DNA of 64,000 bases from Selaginella moellendorffii (GCF_000143415.4 NW_003314304.1:192169-256168); one strand, 5' to 3'; shown: positions 1 through 12,272, counted from the stretch's first letter. Notes: generated by a model not told the origin, from the letters alone. A program made the numbers and translations.

Positions 1-209
1 AATCATATGAAGTTCATAACCAAGCAAAACTATCAATTTGTATTGCAATTCAAAAGGTAAATACAGTGAATGTCTTTCATAAAATTCGAGAAAGAATATT
101 ACTAAATTTTAGAAAACTTAAATGAAAAAAAAAAGAAAACATGTTTGTAAGTTCTTAAGATGGTGAAATAAATTTAAATTGTTATAAGAAAAAATTGTAT
201 AAAACTGCA

Positions 210-1678
210 CAGCGGCTGCGTCGAAAGCAAACACCGAGCTATCTCTGTGCACCTGTGGCTTGTGGCCTTGCCAAAACCAGTTTGCTCTATACTTACACTT
301 GGCCTCCGTGTTAAGTATGAGATTGACGAGTATGGGCTCTTGCGTCAGATTGACTATGTTGATCCACATCTTTTCCTTGACTCCTATTTGCACCATTTCG
401 AATGACAGTGCCTGTCCAGGAATTAATGTTGGCTCGTTTTGATTTGCAGCCAACCCGCCTTTTCGGATATCTCGCTGTCTCAACAACGTATGTGCCAAAT
501 CCTGCACAAAGTTGGCCGCTGGCTTATTTGAGTTTTAAGCTGCTAGCTTCAGAGTTACCTTGAGGAGTGCTTCCACCATTCTAAGTGCCATCAAATCGTT
601 GGTTTGTACCCAGCTTCCTGCTTCATTGTCCTGCTTTGCAGCCTTGGTCACTTATGCTGCAGCTACTGACGATTCTTTTTCGCAAGTCCCTGACAGTTCC
701 ACATTAGGATTGAGAGCGTAGTCATGGAGCAACGTATTTCCAGGAGAATACCGTGTTATCCACGGATCCTCCAGCCTCTCCAGTGAAACTAGCATTCCGT
801 GCGAAGCATACTTTTCGTCCTTGTTTTCGAGAGAATTGCCGAGGGGAAACCATTTGCGAAGCAGCTGGAGACTTTATCCGTTGGTGACAACTCATCAGTT
901 GCCGACGAGCAGAGGGCTTTCTTGTGAGAATCTTCTCCAGGCCAGACATGCAGTTCCGTAATTTCGATGGTCTCTTCGTCCGGGTTGTAGAAACTTAATG
1001 TTCTCTGGATGAGCTTGCCTTGGACTGCTTCAATATCTTCCAAGCTGATGAGAATTTCCGACAGCTTCGCCAATCACCAGCGTTTCGAGGCCTCCAGCAC
1101 TGGTCTGGAAGAGGATCTTCCCGCTGGCTATTCCAGTCTTCCGGGGCAAGAACACAACTGCCACTGTTAGACTCTCGCCGGGAGCTACGACGCTTTTCTC
1201 GTCAAGAGCTTGGATATAAAACTGCTGGTCTGTGCTGGTAGCCTGAAGAATGTTGATCCAAGGAGCTGTTGTCAGTGTTCAGTATCGTCAGAAACTTTAT
1301 CGACGGAGAGAAGAGGGCCTGCTGATTAAACTCCAGACTTCTGGAAACGACTGCGGCGTTGTCATTCCGCTGCTCCTCCAGAGCTAAAACTTGACATTCT
1401 TGCTGCGTCGGTGAGGCATACTGAAGAAATGATGCCAGCTCTGGAGGTTCCTGCTGCTGCTCTACTGAAGTGGTGCTACTGCTCTCCTGAGAATTGTCTG
1501 CACACGTGATGGCAGGATCCAATTGTGATGCACACTTGCATCTGGACCTGTTTGTTACAGTTGCAGAAGAGAAAGAAGTCCCTGCTCCTCTGTCGAAGAT
1601 CTTGTGCTCTGCCTGGAGGGGAACCGGGCTCTGCACAAAAAGTAGCAGCAGCAGCAAAAACAGGTGTACAGTAGACAT
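210..1678 (-). pseudogene. TMEM131-like (DUF3651, plant transmembrane protein 131-like) gene with multiple frameshifts and stops
   Basis: ATG at 1678 opens a signal peptide (MSTVHLFLLLLLLFVQS). Family-like segments then fall in different frames: FSPSIKFLTILNT, then after a shift near 1262 STDQQFY...VAPGESLTVAVVFLPRKTGIASGKILFQTSAGG...GEAVGNS, then after a shift near 1040 QRTLSFYNPDEETIEITELHVW, with a stop at 789. These resemble plant TMEM131-like motifs (FSTDxQFY, [31 protein letters not shown]). The 3' end is approximate. Confidence 0.7.
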
Positions 1679-2604
1679 TCTTTTCGGGAAATCTGGCTTC
1701 TCAACCTGAAACAAAAAGATTTGTAGATTCAGGACGAGCAGCACGAGGAGAAAACGAACACGCAGACGCGGATTAAGAGAAAGACGGTGGTTGGTACTGC
1801 AAACTAAACTCTGAGAAAAATTCACGGGCACGTGCAATGCATCTAATGTGATGACTCGTACTGGAGGGGATCTTATACAAAAGAATCGATCAGGCAGGCC
1901 AAGAAAAAAATCAACAAAAATGCCGCTCGAGGTACATGCAGACTCAGTTGACATTGTTAGAGTAGAGACTAGAATATGCTGCTGCTATCATACCTTACTG
2001 GTGGCTTACAACACACGTACATCCAGCGCTCCAATTCTATAAGAACCACGATTAGAGAGGTACTGGAAAACGAAGAAAAAAAACTCAACTAAATCGGAGG
2101 AGGCGCCCGGCGAGGACCTGTTAGCTGTAACAATCCCAAAACGAAGCTGCTCAAACTGACAAGCCTGTCGGTAATGAAATACGGTTTGAAGTTTATCCCC
2201 TGGTGATCTCCATCATCCTGATGAAAGCCGAGCAGTCATCGATTGGATCAGCAACTCGTTTTTCCTTCCGAGTAGAGAGCGAAGGGACCAGCTGCTTTTA
2301 GGAGTCTTAGGACTGACGTGAGAACAGGAGACTTGCAACCTGCGATGCAAAGATTTCAAAAGAACAATTAGAAACGCCTCCACGCATTTCAACCTCGATT
2401 TGGCTTTTGCTACGGAACATACAAAAGTGTTTTTCAACCTGTAAACAAAAGCGCAAAGTAAAACCGGCTTCAAAGAACTCTAGCGTTTCAACCTCGATCG
2501 GATGTTGCTCTCACTTACGGCACTTGCTAAAAGTTAAGAAGCAGATGTCACCTTTGTTGAAAGGTAGGGAGGTTACTTGGCCTTCTTTCACATTATTCGA
2601 TCAG

Positions 2605-3899
2605 TCAAAATAGTTGCTGGGAAACGCGAATGGCCACCACTGGCCCGCCGACCCCAGCATGCATGGCATAGAACTTGACTTGCAAACCTGCACAAGTGTG
2701 GTTTTAATTCTCTACAACATCATAAAAGTCTTTTGCTATACGCACCACCATTCTTTTGAAGATTGGTACATCCAGCCGCACCGAAGGGAGAGACGCGGCT
2801 GGCCGGTTGATAGTTCCCGTTCTCCGCGGTCCATGATTTGAAATTGAGAATGCCTGTGGCCCGCAGTAAACATCTGACAAAGAAAAAAAGAAAAGAAAGG
2901 ATACCTGAATTGGCAGTGTCTTTGTCGATCAAGCGCTTGTAATCGAACACTGCTCCAGCTGCGACGTCACAGTTTTCACGGATGTTCCTGATTCCGATTT
3001 CTTTGAAGGACCATGTTCTGTTCTGGTACTCTTCGTGCAGGAACAACTCCCAGTTACGAAAGTCCAGTGTCTGCATTGTCCCTGCAAACAAGGCTTAGCT
3101 CATCTACGAAGATAATGAAAATATAAGTATTCTCCCAAACCAGGGCATGCAGGCAAGTTACAAACGGGGCAGCGCGTCATATGAAGATCTAGAAAAATAA
3201 AAATAAAAAACGGCAAAATGAAAGCGTCGTAAGAATAGATGAAGGGAACCTTGAACTGAAGCAAACCTGCGATCCAGATGCCAGGGAGCACGTTTGGCAC
3301 AAGGCACAATGCCGAGCTCTCATCGAGTTTTATCCTCTTTGACTTTGAGATTCGTTGCCAGAGCCTGCCAGCAGCGAGCGCCTTGCCGGAAACGAGCGTA
3401 AAAGCACCTATTCGCATCCAATCTAGAACAGGAAAACGTAACCATGGAATGAAAGACTGTATACGTAACGAGTACCTAGATGTTTCTCGCGTTCATGGAT
3501 GCTGTAGCTATGGCTTCCAGTGACTGCAAGAGACCGATCGCGTTAACATGGACAAGAATCTGTGAGACAACGAGTACATACCAAATGACGATCGATAGAG
3601 CTCTCTCCAGCTGAAATGCGGCCGAAATTTCGACGCCTCGCTGCCGATGCCGATCTCGAGCCGCTTGAGCGACAGCGCTTTCCACAGTCGCTCATCCATG
3701 GCTATCGGCACGAAGAACCGCGCCGTAAGGGCGAGGCGCGCTAGATCGGGCGCATCGAGGAAGCTCGCGATGCACTCCCAGATGTCCGCATTGTAGCTGG
3801 AACAATCCAAGAACGATCGATTTCCAGAAATCGAGAGAGATTCACTCACAGTTTCTCCTGAAACGCGAGCTCGGCGCGGCGCTTCCTCGTCAGCACCAT
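2605..3899 (-). CDS. F-box protein, At3g61730/RMF-like (multi-exon)
   Basis: Exon 1 MVLTRKRRAELAFQEK starts at ATG 3899. F-box YNADIWECIASFLDAPDLARLALTARFF follows, then MRIGAF, GIWIA, RCPVCNLPAC, GTMQTLD.R..ELFL, GAVFD, and the C-terminus LQVKFYAMHAGVGGPVVAIRVSQQLF* (TGA 2605-2607), characteristic of the RMF family. Confidence 0.85.
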
Positions 3900-4029
3900 C
3901 GCTGCTACGACGATAGGTTTACATATGAGAGTTTAAACTTGGCCACGGGCGGGACAGGAAGCAATCTGAGCCGTCCGTTGGGCCGGCTGCATTAACGGAC
4001 GAGATCTTACATTACTTTGCGCTTCTTTT

Positions 4030-4940
4030 CTATTGGCAGCTCCAGCCCGCAAACTCTTCATTGTTGGAAAACAATGCGTTTGGGACAACCTTGTAATAAG
4101 CTAGAGGAACTTGCTTTAATCTTCTCTTTGTCTGAAAAACCTTCACTTAGCCACGAAAAAAAACTACGCGCGAACACACAAAACTTACCTCGTTGAAGAT
4201 AGTAGAGTAGGATCCAGAACAAAAATCGCTGATTTGAACTTCCGTGGTCTTACTCTTGACGGTAAGATCAGCTTCCAGCGTGCTCACAAATCTGGAAAAA
4301 CGCTAGAGTTTGGCAGTTCTTTCGTTAAAGGACACTTCGTTACCTTGACACAGCAGGGCAGTAATGCCTTCGAAGTGTTTCTATTTCCCACAACGAACTC
4401 TCTGCAAACACAGAAAAGAATTGTAAAGCAATCACGAGAAAAAAGAAGAGCATTACCCAGAGCGCGGCAATTAGATGTCTTTTCGTTCGCAAGGTAGGGA
4501 TCTCTTCCAAGCTTTGCGTCCGAGACATCTTCTTCACCTTTACTAGCAACTCGCAAACGAGAACTCTACAACGTAAGCGAGTAAAATAAAAATACAAAGG
4601 AGTAAAAAACCTCGAGTCGATGTTCTTCGGTCCCAACCACGATCGCAATGAGAAGCTCTATGAGCTCCTCAAACTTGTCCTTGAGCCAAGCTCTGTAGAT
4701 CGCCTCCGAGCCATCACCGTCGCTCTGCGGCTTCCCTAGAACGCCCTGGGACGAGAGAATGGGCAGAGAGAACGCCTGGAGACACCGCACAGCCTCGAGC
4801 ACACATTCCACAGACGAGGACGATCCAGCGCCGCGCTTGCAAAATGCGGAGACGATCGACAGGAGCGTGGAGCAATTGTTGACAGTGGCCCTGGAGACGA
4901 GGAGCGCGCTCCCCAGCGCCCTCACCTCCTCCACTTTCAT
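4030..4940 (-). CDS. NOC4: Nucleolar complex protein 4 (NOC4)-like, internally deleted (~235 aa, central region missing)
   Basis: Exon 1 (4940-4611) EVRALGSALLVSRATVNN...AIYRAWLKDKFEELIELL matches the NOC4 N-terminus. The next exons already encode the C-terminus: SSLWEIETLRRHYCPAVSRFVSTLE.DLTVKSKTTE...GSYSTIF..KRRLKQVPLAYYK...GWSCQ*. Confidence 0.8.
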
Positions 4941-5165
4941 CAGGGAAGGCAAAAACCCTAACTGGGGTTTATGACAGACTGCTTGAAAGATAGATCCAAA
5001 TACACTTGAGTGAACGAAAAGGATTCTTCTTTCCCCTGTCAATCGATCCATTTCCAATCCAACTGTGATGGAGTGCCAACCACAGAGACAATAGATAGCG
5101 ACGAGATAGCATCACTGCGAGCTTCTCTGGTCAGATGACGGCCCATCCAAATACTTGGAACTTGA

Positions 5166-6839
5166 ATGGATTTCTCTCTTCTAGTGAGGCAATGCGCGAA
5201 GGCCAGGGATTTGGCACAGGCGCGGCAGATTCTGGCAGCAATCCAGCTCAATCCATATCGATGCCTGGATCAGGACACCCATCTGGGAAATCTTCTCATC
5301 GACATGTTTGGGAAATGTGGCTGCACGGGCGATGCGATTGAGATCTTTGATCGCAACATCGCGTCCCGCAATGTCTTCTCCTGGAACATCCTGCTTGCGG
5401 CTTTGAGCCAGAATGGAGAGCTCCACAGCGCTCGGTTCCTATTCCAGCGAGTCCCCTGCCACGATCTCGTTACCTGGAACACGATGCTCAGCAGCGAATC
5501 CTCATCCGCCAGCGCCAAATCGCTCTTCGATCAAATGCCTCAGCGGAACCTCCTCTCCTGGACAGCCATGATCATCGCCGCCGCCGCCGTTGCTGCCGAT
5601 TCGTGGGAGAGTTTCATTAGAATCCCCGAGCGTGATGCCATGGCATACAATGCCATCATTAGGGTTCTTGCGCGACATGGGCAATTAGCCCGTGGCGAGA
5701 GGATCTTAGCCCAGATGCCTAATCCCGAGGATGTGACGTGGACAACGCTAATCCAAGCATATGCCCAGACTGGGCATCTGGAGCGTGCAAAGGAACTGTT
5801 TATATCTTCTGGCTTTCAAACCAATCTCATCTCAACGGCCATGATACAAGCTTTCTCACACAGCTACCGGCTGTATGACGCAGAGAGAGTTTATAATAAG
5901 CTCTCTAGCCCAGATTCTCTGGCATCGACAGCGATGCTAACCGCATATGCCCAATGCGGGCATATTCATAAAGCACGCATATTCTTTTTAGCGATGCCCA
6001 AGAGGTCCCTAGCTTCTTGGAACGCGATGCTCACGGGGCTCTCGCAAAAGCACGAACTGATAGAAGCGTTTAAGACTTTTTGTTTGATGCCACAGCGTGA
6101 TCTCAAGTCGTGGAACTTGATCCTGTGCTCGTTCTCTCACAGCGATCGCCTGGAGGACGCCAAGAAGCTATTCGAAGCAATGCCGGATCGAGACGCGGTG
6201 TCCTGGAACTTGATGCTCGATTCGTGTGTGACTTTCCGGGACTTGGATCAAGCACTGGCTTTGTTCTCGAGAGCGTCGAGCCGGGACGTTGTAACTTGGA
6301 CTCTTGCTGTCACTCTCGCTGCTCGAGTTGGCCACCCAGATCAGGCATCACAGTTCTTCTCAAGGATGGCGCAGCACGATCTCCTGGCACTGAACACGAT
6401 GATCGGAGCCTACGCTCACGCCGGCCAGCTTCAGAAAGCTCGGAGGATCTTCGAGAAGATCGAGAGCCCCAGCACCGATTCCTGGAACTCGATGATTACT
6501 GGCTACGCACAGCATGGGCGGGCCGACCAGGCTCTCGGTCTCTTCACTGCCATGGAGCTCCTTGGGGAAAGACCAGATGAGCTGACCTTCGTGGGGATTC
6601 TTTCGGCCTGCAGCTACCAAGGACAAGTGGACGCTGCTCGTGAATACTTCGTCTCAATGCAAGGTGACTATCGCGATGTGGAAGTCACGGTGGATCACTA
6701 CTGCTGCATGGTGGACACGCTTGGGAGATCCGGAAAGCTTGCAGATGCTAGAGAGCTGAGTAGAACGATGCCGTTTGAGCCCGACCATGTGGTTTGGACG
6801 AGCTTGCTGGGCGCTTCTCGAATTCATGGCAAGAGATAG
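5166..6839 (+). CDS. Pentatricopeptide repeat protein (PLS class, S-motif rich, truncated E domain, no DYW)
   Basis: Intronless 557-aa ORF with tandem ~31-aa repeats (xWNxML..xxxG...A..LF.xMP.R), then PDELTFVGILSACSY, DHYCCMVDTLGRSG and MPFEPDHVVWTSLLGASRIHG. Confidence 0.95.
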   Translation: MDFSLLVRQCAKARDLAQARQILAAIQLNPYRCLDQDTHLGNLLIDMFGKCGCTGDAIEIFDRNIASRNVFSWNILLAALSQNGELHSARFLFQRVPCHDLVTWNTMLSSESSSASAKSLFDQMPQRNLLSWTAMIIAAAAVAADSWESFIRIPERDAMAYNAIIRVLARHGQLARGERILAQMPNPEDVTWTTLIQAYAQTGHLERAKELFISSGFQTNLISTAMIQAFSHSYRLYDAERVYNKLSSPDSLASTAMLTAYAQCGHIHKARIFFLAMPKRSLASWNAMLTGLSQKHELIEAFKTFCLMPQRDLKSWNLILCSFSHSDRLEDAKKLFEAMPDRDAVSWNLMLDSCVTFRDLDQALALFSRASSRDVVTWTLAVTLAARVGHPDQASQFFSRMAQHDLLALNTMIGAYAHAGQLQKARRIFEKIESPSTDSWNSMITGYAQHGRADQALGLFTAMELLGERPDELTFVGILSACSYQGQVDAAREYFVSMQGDYRDVEVTVDHYCCMVDTLGRSGKLADARELSRTMPFEPDHVVWTSLLGASRIHGKR

Positions 6840-6990
6840 CAGAGCTTTATTTGCTCGATCAAGTCCCTGGAAGGAAGATCAAAAGAGCACGAGCTTAAAC
6901 GGATTGAAGCATGAAAGCATTGGCACTTACCGATCGAGTTTTATGTTCCTGGAAGTTCGATTTTTATCAAGGAAGGATCACACTTCTGGG

Positions 6991-7970
6991 ATGAAACTTA
7001 GTGAAGCTATTCTTGCTCCGGGATTGCACGTCCTGAAGGTATGATCTTGTCTCTCTAAAAATGTGGGATCGATATAAAGCAATAATCATGGTGAGTTTTT
7101 CTATTTTCCTTCTTGTTTGGTTCTTTCATGGTTTTGGCATGCTAGTTTCGTAGTTGGGATCGACAATTACTGATTCCAGGTCTAGGCCTCTCCAGGTTTG
7201 GAGTTCCTTCCATGAGGTCAGCAGAAGCCAGAGAGATTTGAAAATAATGTGTGGTGGTTCTTGGATCTAAAAGACGTTCGCCGAGGAGGTTAGTTGCCTT
7301 TTGGTCTGTTTTCTTTGTTGTCTTTTGAGAAACTTTTTCATTGATACTAATCACTATAATGCCTCTTTCGGATTTTTATAAAGCTAAGCTAATGGTATCA
7401 TTCCCAGCCCCAAGGAGCCCACGATACGAGCTATATTACAGGTCTTTTACGGTCTACGCAAAGCAAGAGTTCGCGGAATCTAGCGATTACGAAAGTAGTT
7501 GTGATGGCAGTAGCAGCTCAGTGAGCAGTAAACACGAGGAAGGGATGAGCCGAGTCGCAAGTTTTTCTTTGTTGTCTAAACTTTTGATCCAGAGAGACGA
7601 GTGCAATGATCTTACTCCCCACCTTCAAACCAATACTCCTTCAGCAATTTTCGTTCAAGGTGATGAAAGTTCTTGGCGCTCTCTAGTCCTCACTGGGATT
7701 TTTCTTTTTGGCTTTCGCAGAATCTCTCGCAACTAGTATCCGTCAACTATGATATGCTGTTGCAGCAGAGTGGAAAGGATCTGCCAAAGTCTTGAAAATT
7801 TCATTCTGGAGTGACAGGTGAGGGGAGTGTTTTTCTTCTCCTTTTTTTCCTGTCTTCCTTTAGAGCAGAGAAATTACTTAACAGGGAACATAGTGATGTA
7901 TGTACAATAGCATCTCTTTCACACACTCCCAGCGATGGATCTGGAAATGCCAGCGCTTGAATCGCTAGGA
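6991..7970 (+). other. Possible unidentified spliced transcription unit
   Basis: A series of short GT..AG-bounded segments (e.g. CTGAAG|gtatga at 7038, ttcgcag|AATC at 7720, GACAG|gtgagg at 7817, ctttag|AGC at 7863). No recognisable protein family. Confidence 0.25.
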
Positions 7971-8131
7971 TCGACGACGTTCTTGAAGCGATGCACCATA
8001 TGTTCTCAAAGAGCTGTGCGTTCTGTTACCCCGATCGATTGATCGTCTCGGCCAGCACCATCGTCAGTCAAAGCAGGACTTGGATTTGATATTCACAGAC
8101 ATTTGCTTTGTCATTGTTTTAAAACTTTGAT

Positions 8132-9903
8132 CTAGCTATTGACATTGTTGTTCCTTTGCGCGGCCAGGACGAGAGACATGCCGCTACGACAGACCTGCTC
8201 TATAGCTCTGCCATTTTCCACTGTATCAACTTGTTGCGGGCGGTATCGTGGCCTTTTGGTCTTGCAAAAGAGCCAGTCGAGTCCATTCAGCACCATGAAC
8301 GTACCAATGCCGCCGGTCAAGCCATAAGCAATGGAGTACGTAAGAGGCATGAGGACGATGGTAATGAACGCCGGGATGGCTTCTCTCATGTCATCCCAGT
8401 CAATCTCCTTGACGGACTTCATCATCAAAACTCCGACGAGAACAAGCGCCGGTCCAACTGCCCAAGGTGGAATAGAAGCCAGCAGCGGTGTGAAAAACAG
8501 CGCCAGGAAGAAGTACATCGCCACAGCAAGAGCAGTAATCCCGGTTCTCCCACCTTCTCGGATCCCCGTGGACGACTCGATGAAAGCGGTGACAGGAGAA
8601 GTTCCAAGTGCCGAGCCGACCACGATTGCTGCAGCATCGCTCATGAAGGCCTGGTACTGCCCCTCGAAATCGCCATTCTCGTCGACGAAGCCGGCAAACT
8701 TGGCCATGGAGTAGAGAGTTCCGGTGGTATCCAGTATGTCGACGTAGAGGAAGGTGATGAGCGCCACCCAGAACTGGCTCTTGCCGATTTCAGCAAAGGA
8801 GAGAGCTCCAGCGGTGCCTTTGATGGTGTGAACGTCGACCACCTTGCGGAAGTACGAGTAGGCCGCGTTACCAGCGTCGGTATTTGGGAAGTACGTCACC
8901 TTCGTTCCCCGGAACCAGGAGATGCCGGTGACGAAGACAATGCCGTAGATCATGGCACCTTTGACACCCCTGACGATAGCATACGCGATGATGACGAAGC
9001 CGACGACCCCAAGCCAGAGAGTGGGATCTTCCATCCGGTTACGCGTGCACAGGACGTTAGAGGAGATGGTACCGCCGGGCATGAGACGGGAGACACCGGT
9101 TGTGGTGTTGGTGACAACCGGTGCTACCGCTACTCGGTCCGCTGCCGGGCATCCACCCAGCGTCACCAGAGATGACGGACTGAAGCCGATGAGCCCGACG
9201 CCTTCGCTCGACTGCAAGCCGATTAAGGTGAGGAAGACACCGATACCAGCCGCGCTGGAGATGCGGACGGGGCGGGGGATAGCCTTGGCCAGCCGAGTCC
9301 TGAGGCCGAGTGCTGCCAGCCCGAGAAAGATCAGTCCCTCGACGAACACAGCCGCTAGAGCTCCACCGTAGGAGACACTTCCGGAGCCGTGGAAGCCGAC
9401 GACGGTGTACGCAAAGTAGGCGTTTGCTCCCATCCCAGGCGCCAGCCCGAGCGGGAGATTTGCGAACACTCCCATGATGACACTGCCGATGAGCGAGGAA
9501 GCTGCCGTGGCAACGATGAGATCACGCTTCGTCTGGTCCAGGCAGTCGGAGTATCCTTTGTTCTGGGCCCCTGGATCCTTGCACTCGGCACCTGGCTTGA
9601 CAAGAGTGAGCGGTATACCGCCGGGAGTGAGCCCCGAGCAGCGCTGTGCCGGGATGGTGGCGTTGGAGCAGACCAGTCGGAGATGCCGCAGGGACCGCCA
9701 GAGTGGGTGAGTATGCTGGCGTTCACCGCGAGGATATATGCCATCGTGAGGAAAGTTGCTGTGCCGGCTCTCACCTCTCGAGTGAAGCAAGAGTTTCGCT
9801 CCTCCAGCTTGAAATACCTCCCGACTGTGCTCCGAGCGACTGCCATGTTGAGGTGATCTATGCCTGAGTTCCATTGCTCGCTCAATCCCCTGATAGAATC
9901 CAC
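8132..9903 (-). CDS. AZG1: Adenine/guanine permease AZG1-like (NCS2/AzgA family) with a frameshift near 9674
   Basis: The N-terminal [38 protein letters not shown] lies in ORF 9355-9903. The remainder ([77 protein letters not shown]) lies in ORF 8132-9874. Confidence 0.92.
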
Positions 9904-10703
9904 TGTGAAAACTTTGAGCAGCCGAAAGGGGAAGTCGGCAAGAAAAGGATGTTGAAATCCAAATATGTGTGATTATTTGTTCTATACCAAGTCATGCAAG
10001 AACAATGATTGTCCTAACAGCCGGGACGTTGTAAACTTGTGGTGTTGTTGTTTGTCTCTTCACGCAGATATCTTTCGTCCAGAGTTTTATGTGCTCGAGT
10101 TCCTGGAAGTTCGATTTCATCGAGGAACGATCACATACCTACCGAAGTTATTCTTCTAGCTGGAAATCTTCCGGGTTATCTACGCCGATCGGCTGCTCGG
10201 GCTGCTCAGAGACAACCTGGTGTTTGATCACACCAGTCTCTCAATTGCGATCATTCAAGCGTAGTTATTAAGCTTACGATTCTCGCTGGGGAGGGCAAGA
10301 GATAGTCCTCGAGCTCGTTGTCGTGAAGCTGGACCCTTGCGTCCAGGAGCTCCAGCGCTCGCTCCAGATTTTCCACAGACGGCTGCGACAGCGCGCGTCC
10401 TAAAAGCGAGAGATTTAGCGATCCATGGCCTTGGCACACGATATTTCGCAGCGATTCTCACCCGATGCAGTCGTCAGGCCTGGAATGTCGTGCACGGACG
10501 GAGAGGTTTCCAGCAAAACGGCCGTGTACCTGGACTCTCTGATGATCGTTGCATCTGGAGCTAGCGATTCTCCCGTGAGACCCTGGCGAAACAGAAATGC
10601 CGCATAGCTTACCGCGCCTAGAGCGCTCGTCCGCCATGGCCCTGTTTTTAGGGTTCTTGGGGGATTTGACCAGTTGGCATAACATTAGGGCTTTAGAGAA
10701 GCT

Positions 10704-12272
10704 ATGGGGATTCTTTGTTTGCCGCCACCAGCGCCAGACAGGGCGGCCGGCAAGGATTTCGAGGAGGCGGTGGAGCGGCGCTGGAAATGGCTGCAATGCG
10801 TGGAGGATCTGGTGAGGAAGATTGTTCTAGGGGGCGAAGGCCGGATGTGGCTGTGCGCGGCGCTGGGATCTCTTGATTTGCCCCCGGCGGCGCAAAGAGC
10901 TGCGTTTCTAGGGCTCGTCTCGAAAGATGGCGAGGAAGGGCGCAGTATCCGGCAGCGCGTCATCCGGATGCTGTGCGAGAACAGGCCCGCGTGGGCAGCG
11001 AGGGTTCTCGCTCGCGACGATCGACTTCTAAGGCGATTCTTCGAAGGTAAACCATCGAATCTCGCTTCATGGATGTGATTCATGGGTTGCTTGCGCAGGA
11101 GATTCACAGAGAATACTTCAGTGGTTTGGGAAGTTCTCGAGCGGTGGCAACAGCGATCACCAGTGGGGTGCTCGAGCGCTGGCTCGATTTACTTTCGTCC
11201 ATCGTGAATCCTGCTGGCATGAGCTCGATTGGAATGGCAAGCACGGCCAAGCTCCGGCCACGGTCGCGTCAAAGCCACATTACTTCCTCGAGCTTGATGT
11301 GTTGCGAACAGTGGACAACTTCCTCGACAAGGTACCATCCTTTTGGAGGTCTGACGAGCTCTGGGACTCCATGAAGAATGGAGAGTTTTTGAGCCTCGAC
11401 ATCGACTTCTTCATCAACGCGCTTGAGGAGAAGATGATGGTGGACGATTGCCCAGAGACTTGGAATCTCGTGGAAGACTACCTCGCGGAGGAATCGCTGT
11501 CCAAGCTCTCCAACTGCGTGCTCCATCTCCTCTCGGAGGAGAGCCTCTTGACTTTCGTGAACGAGCTCGTCTTCCAGATGAGCAGCAAGGGGCCGAGAAA
11601 GAACGAGAGGAAAGGTGGCGGCCGGGAAAAGCAAAAGACTTGGCTGCAAGAGGTGATTCTATCCGAGGAAAGGTGCCCGACGCTCTACGATGCTATCGTT
11701 TGCAACGCTTGTGCCAACCACAGGAGACAGATAGTGAAGATCGTTGGGGATGAAGACTACGAGGAAGAAACAAAGGTTTTGAAGCGACTACTTGGTGAGG
11801 CCGAGTGTGATCCAGCGGTGGTGTGGGCGGTGAGGAGGCAGAACTTGAAGCTGGATAAGTGGAGTTGCTTGAAGTTCCTGGGGCTGGAAGCACTGATGCT
11901 TTATTGGTATCTCACGGAGAAGAGCGGTCAGATCTCCTATCCTCTTCTATTCAAAGAGAACAGGATACGTTTCGACGCGGCTCCAGTAACCCCGAGGAAG
12001 AGGAAGAAGAGGAAAAGTCGGAAGAGCCGAAAAGATACAGAGGATTCAAGTAATTCTGGCTCTGATGATGGTGAAAGCAGCAGTATGGAGCACAAGTCGT
12101 GGAGATTGTGCACGGACAACTTTCGGTTTTTGTGGAGAAAGGTTTGCGAAACTGTTTTGTTTTTTTTGCTGACAAGATGATTTGCTCGCTCCAATTCCAG
12201 GAAGATCTTCCCGAACATCTCTCTGGTTACGCGTTTGACGAATGGGTCAGGTGGACGGTCGCGCATTGGTAG
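10704..12272 (+). CDS. Conserved plant protein of unknown function (At5g48340-like), 3 exons
   Basis: RRFFEG|DSQRILQWF...GARALARFTFVHRESCWHELDWNGKHGQAPATVASKPHYFLELDVLRTVDNFLDKVPSFW; basic RKRKKRKSRK NLS-like tract; last exon EDLPEHLSGYAFDEWVRW...* with stop ending at 12272. Confidence 0.85.

Noticed and set aside
8156-9175. 339-aa plus-strand ORF, and similar long antisense ORFs at 18050-21096 and 38011-39392
   Set aside because: Antisense shadows of GC-rich AZG and PPR coding sequence, with no domain features.
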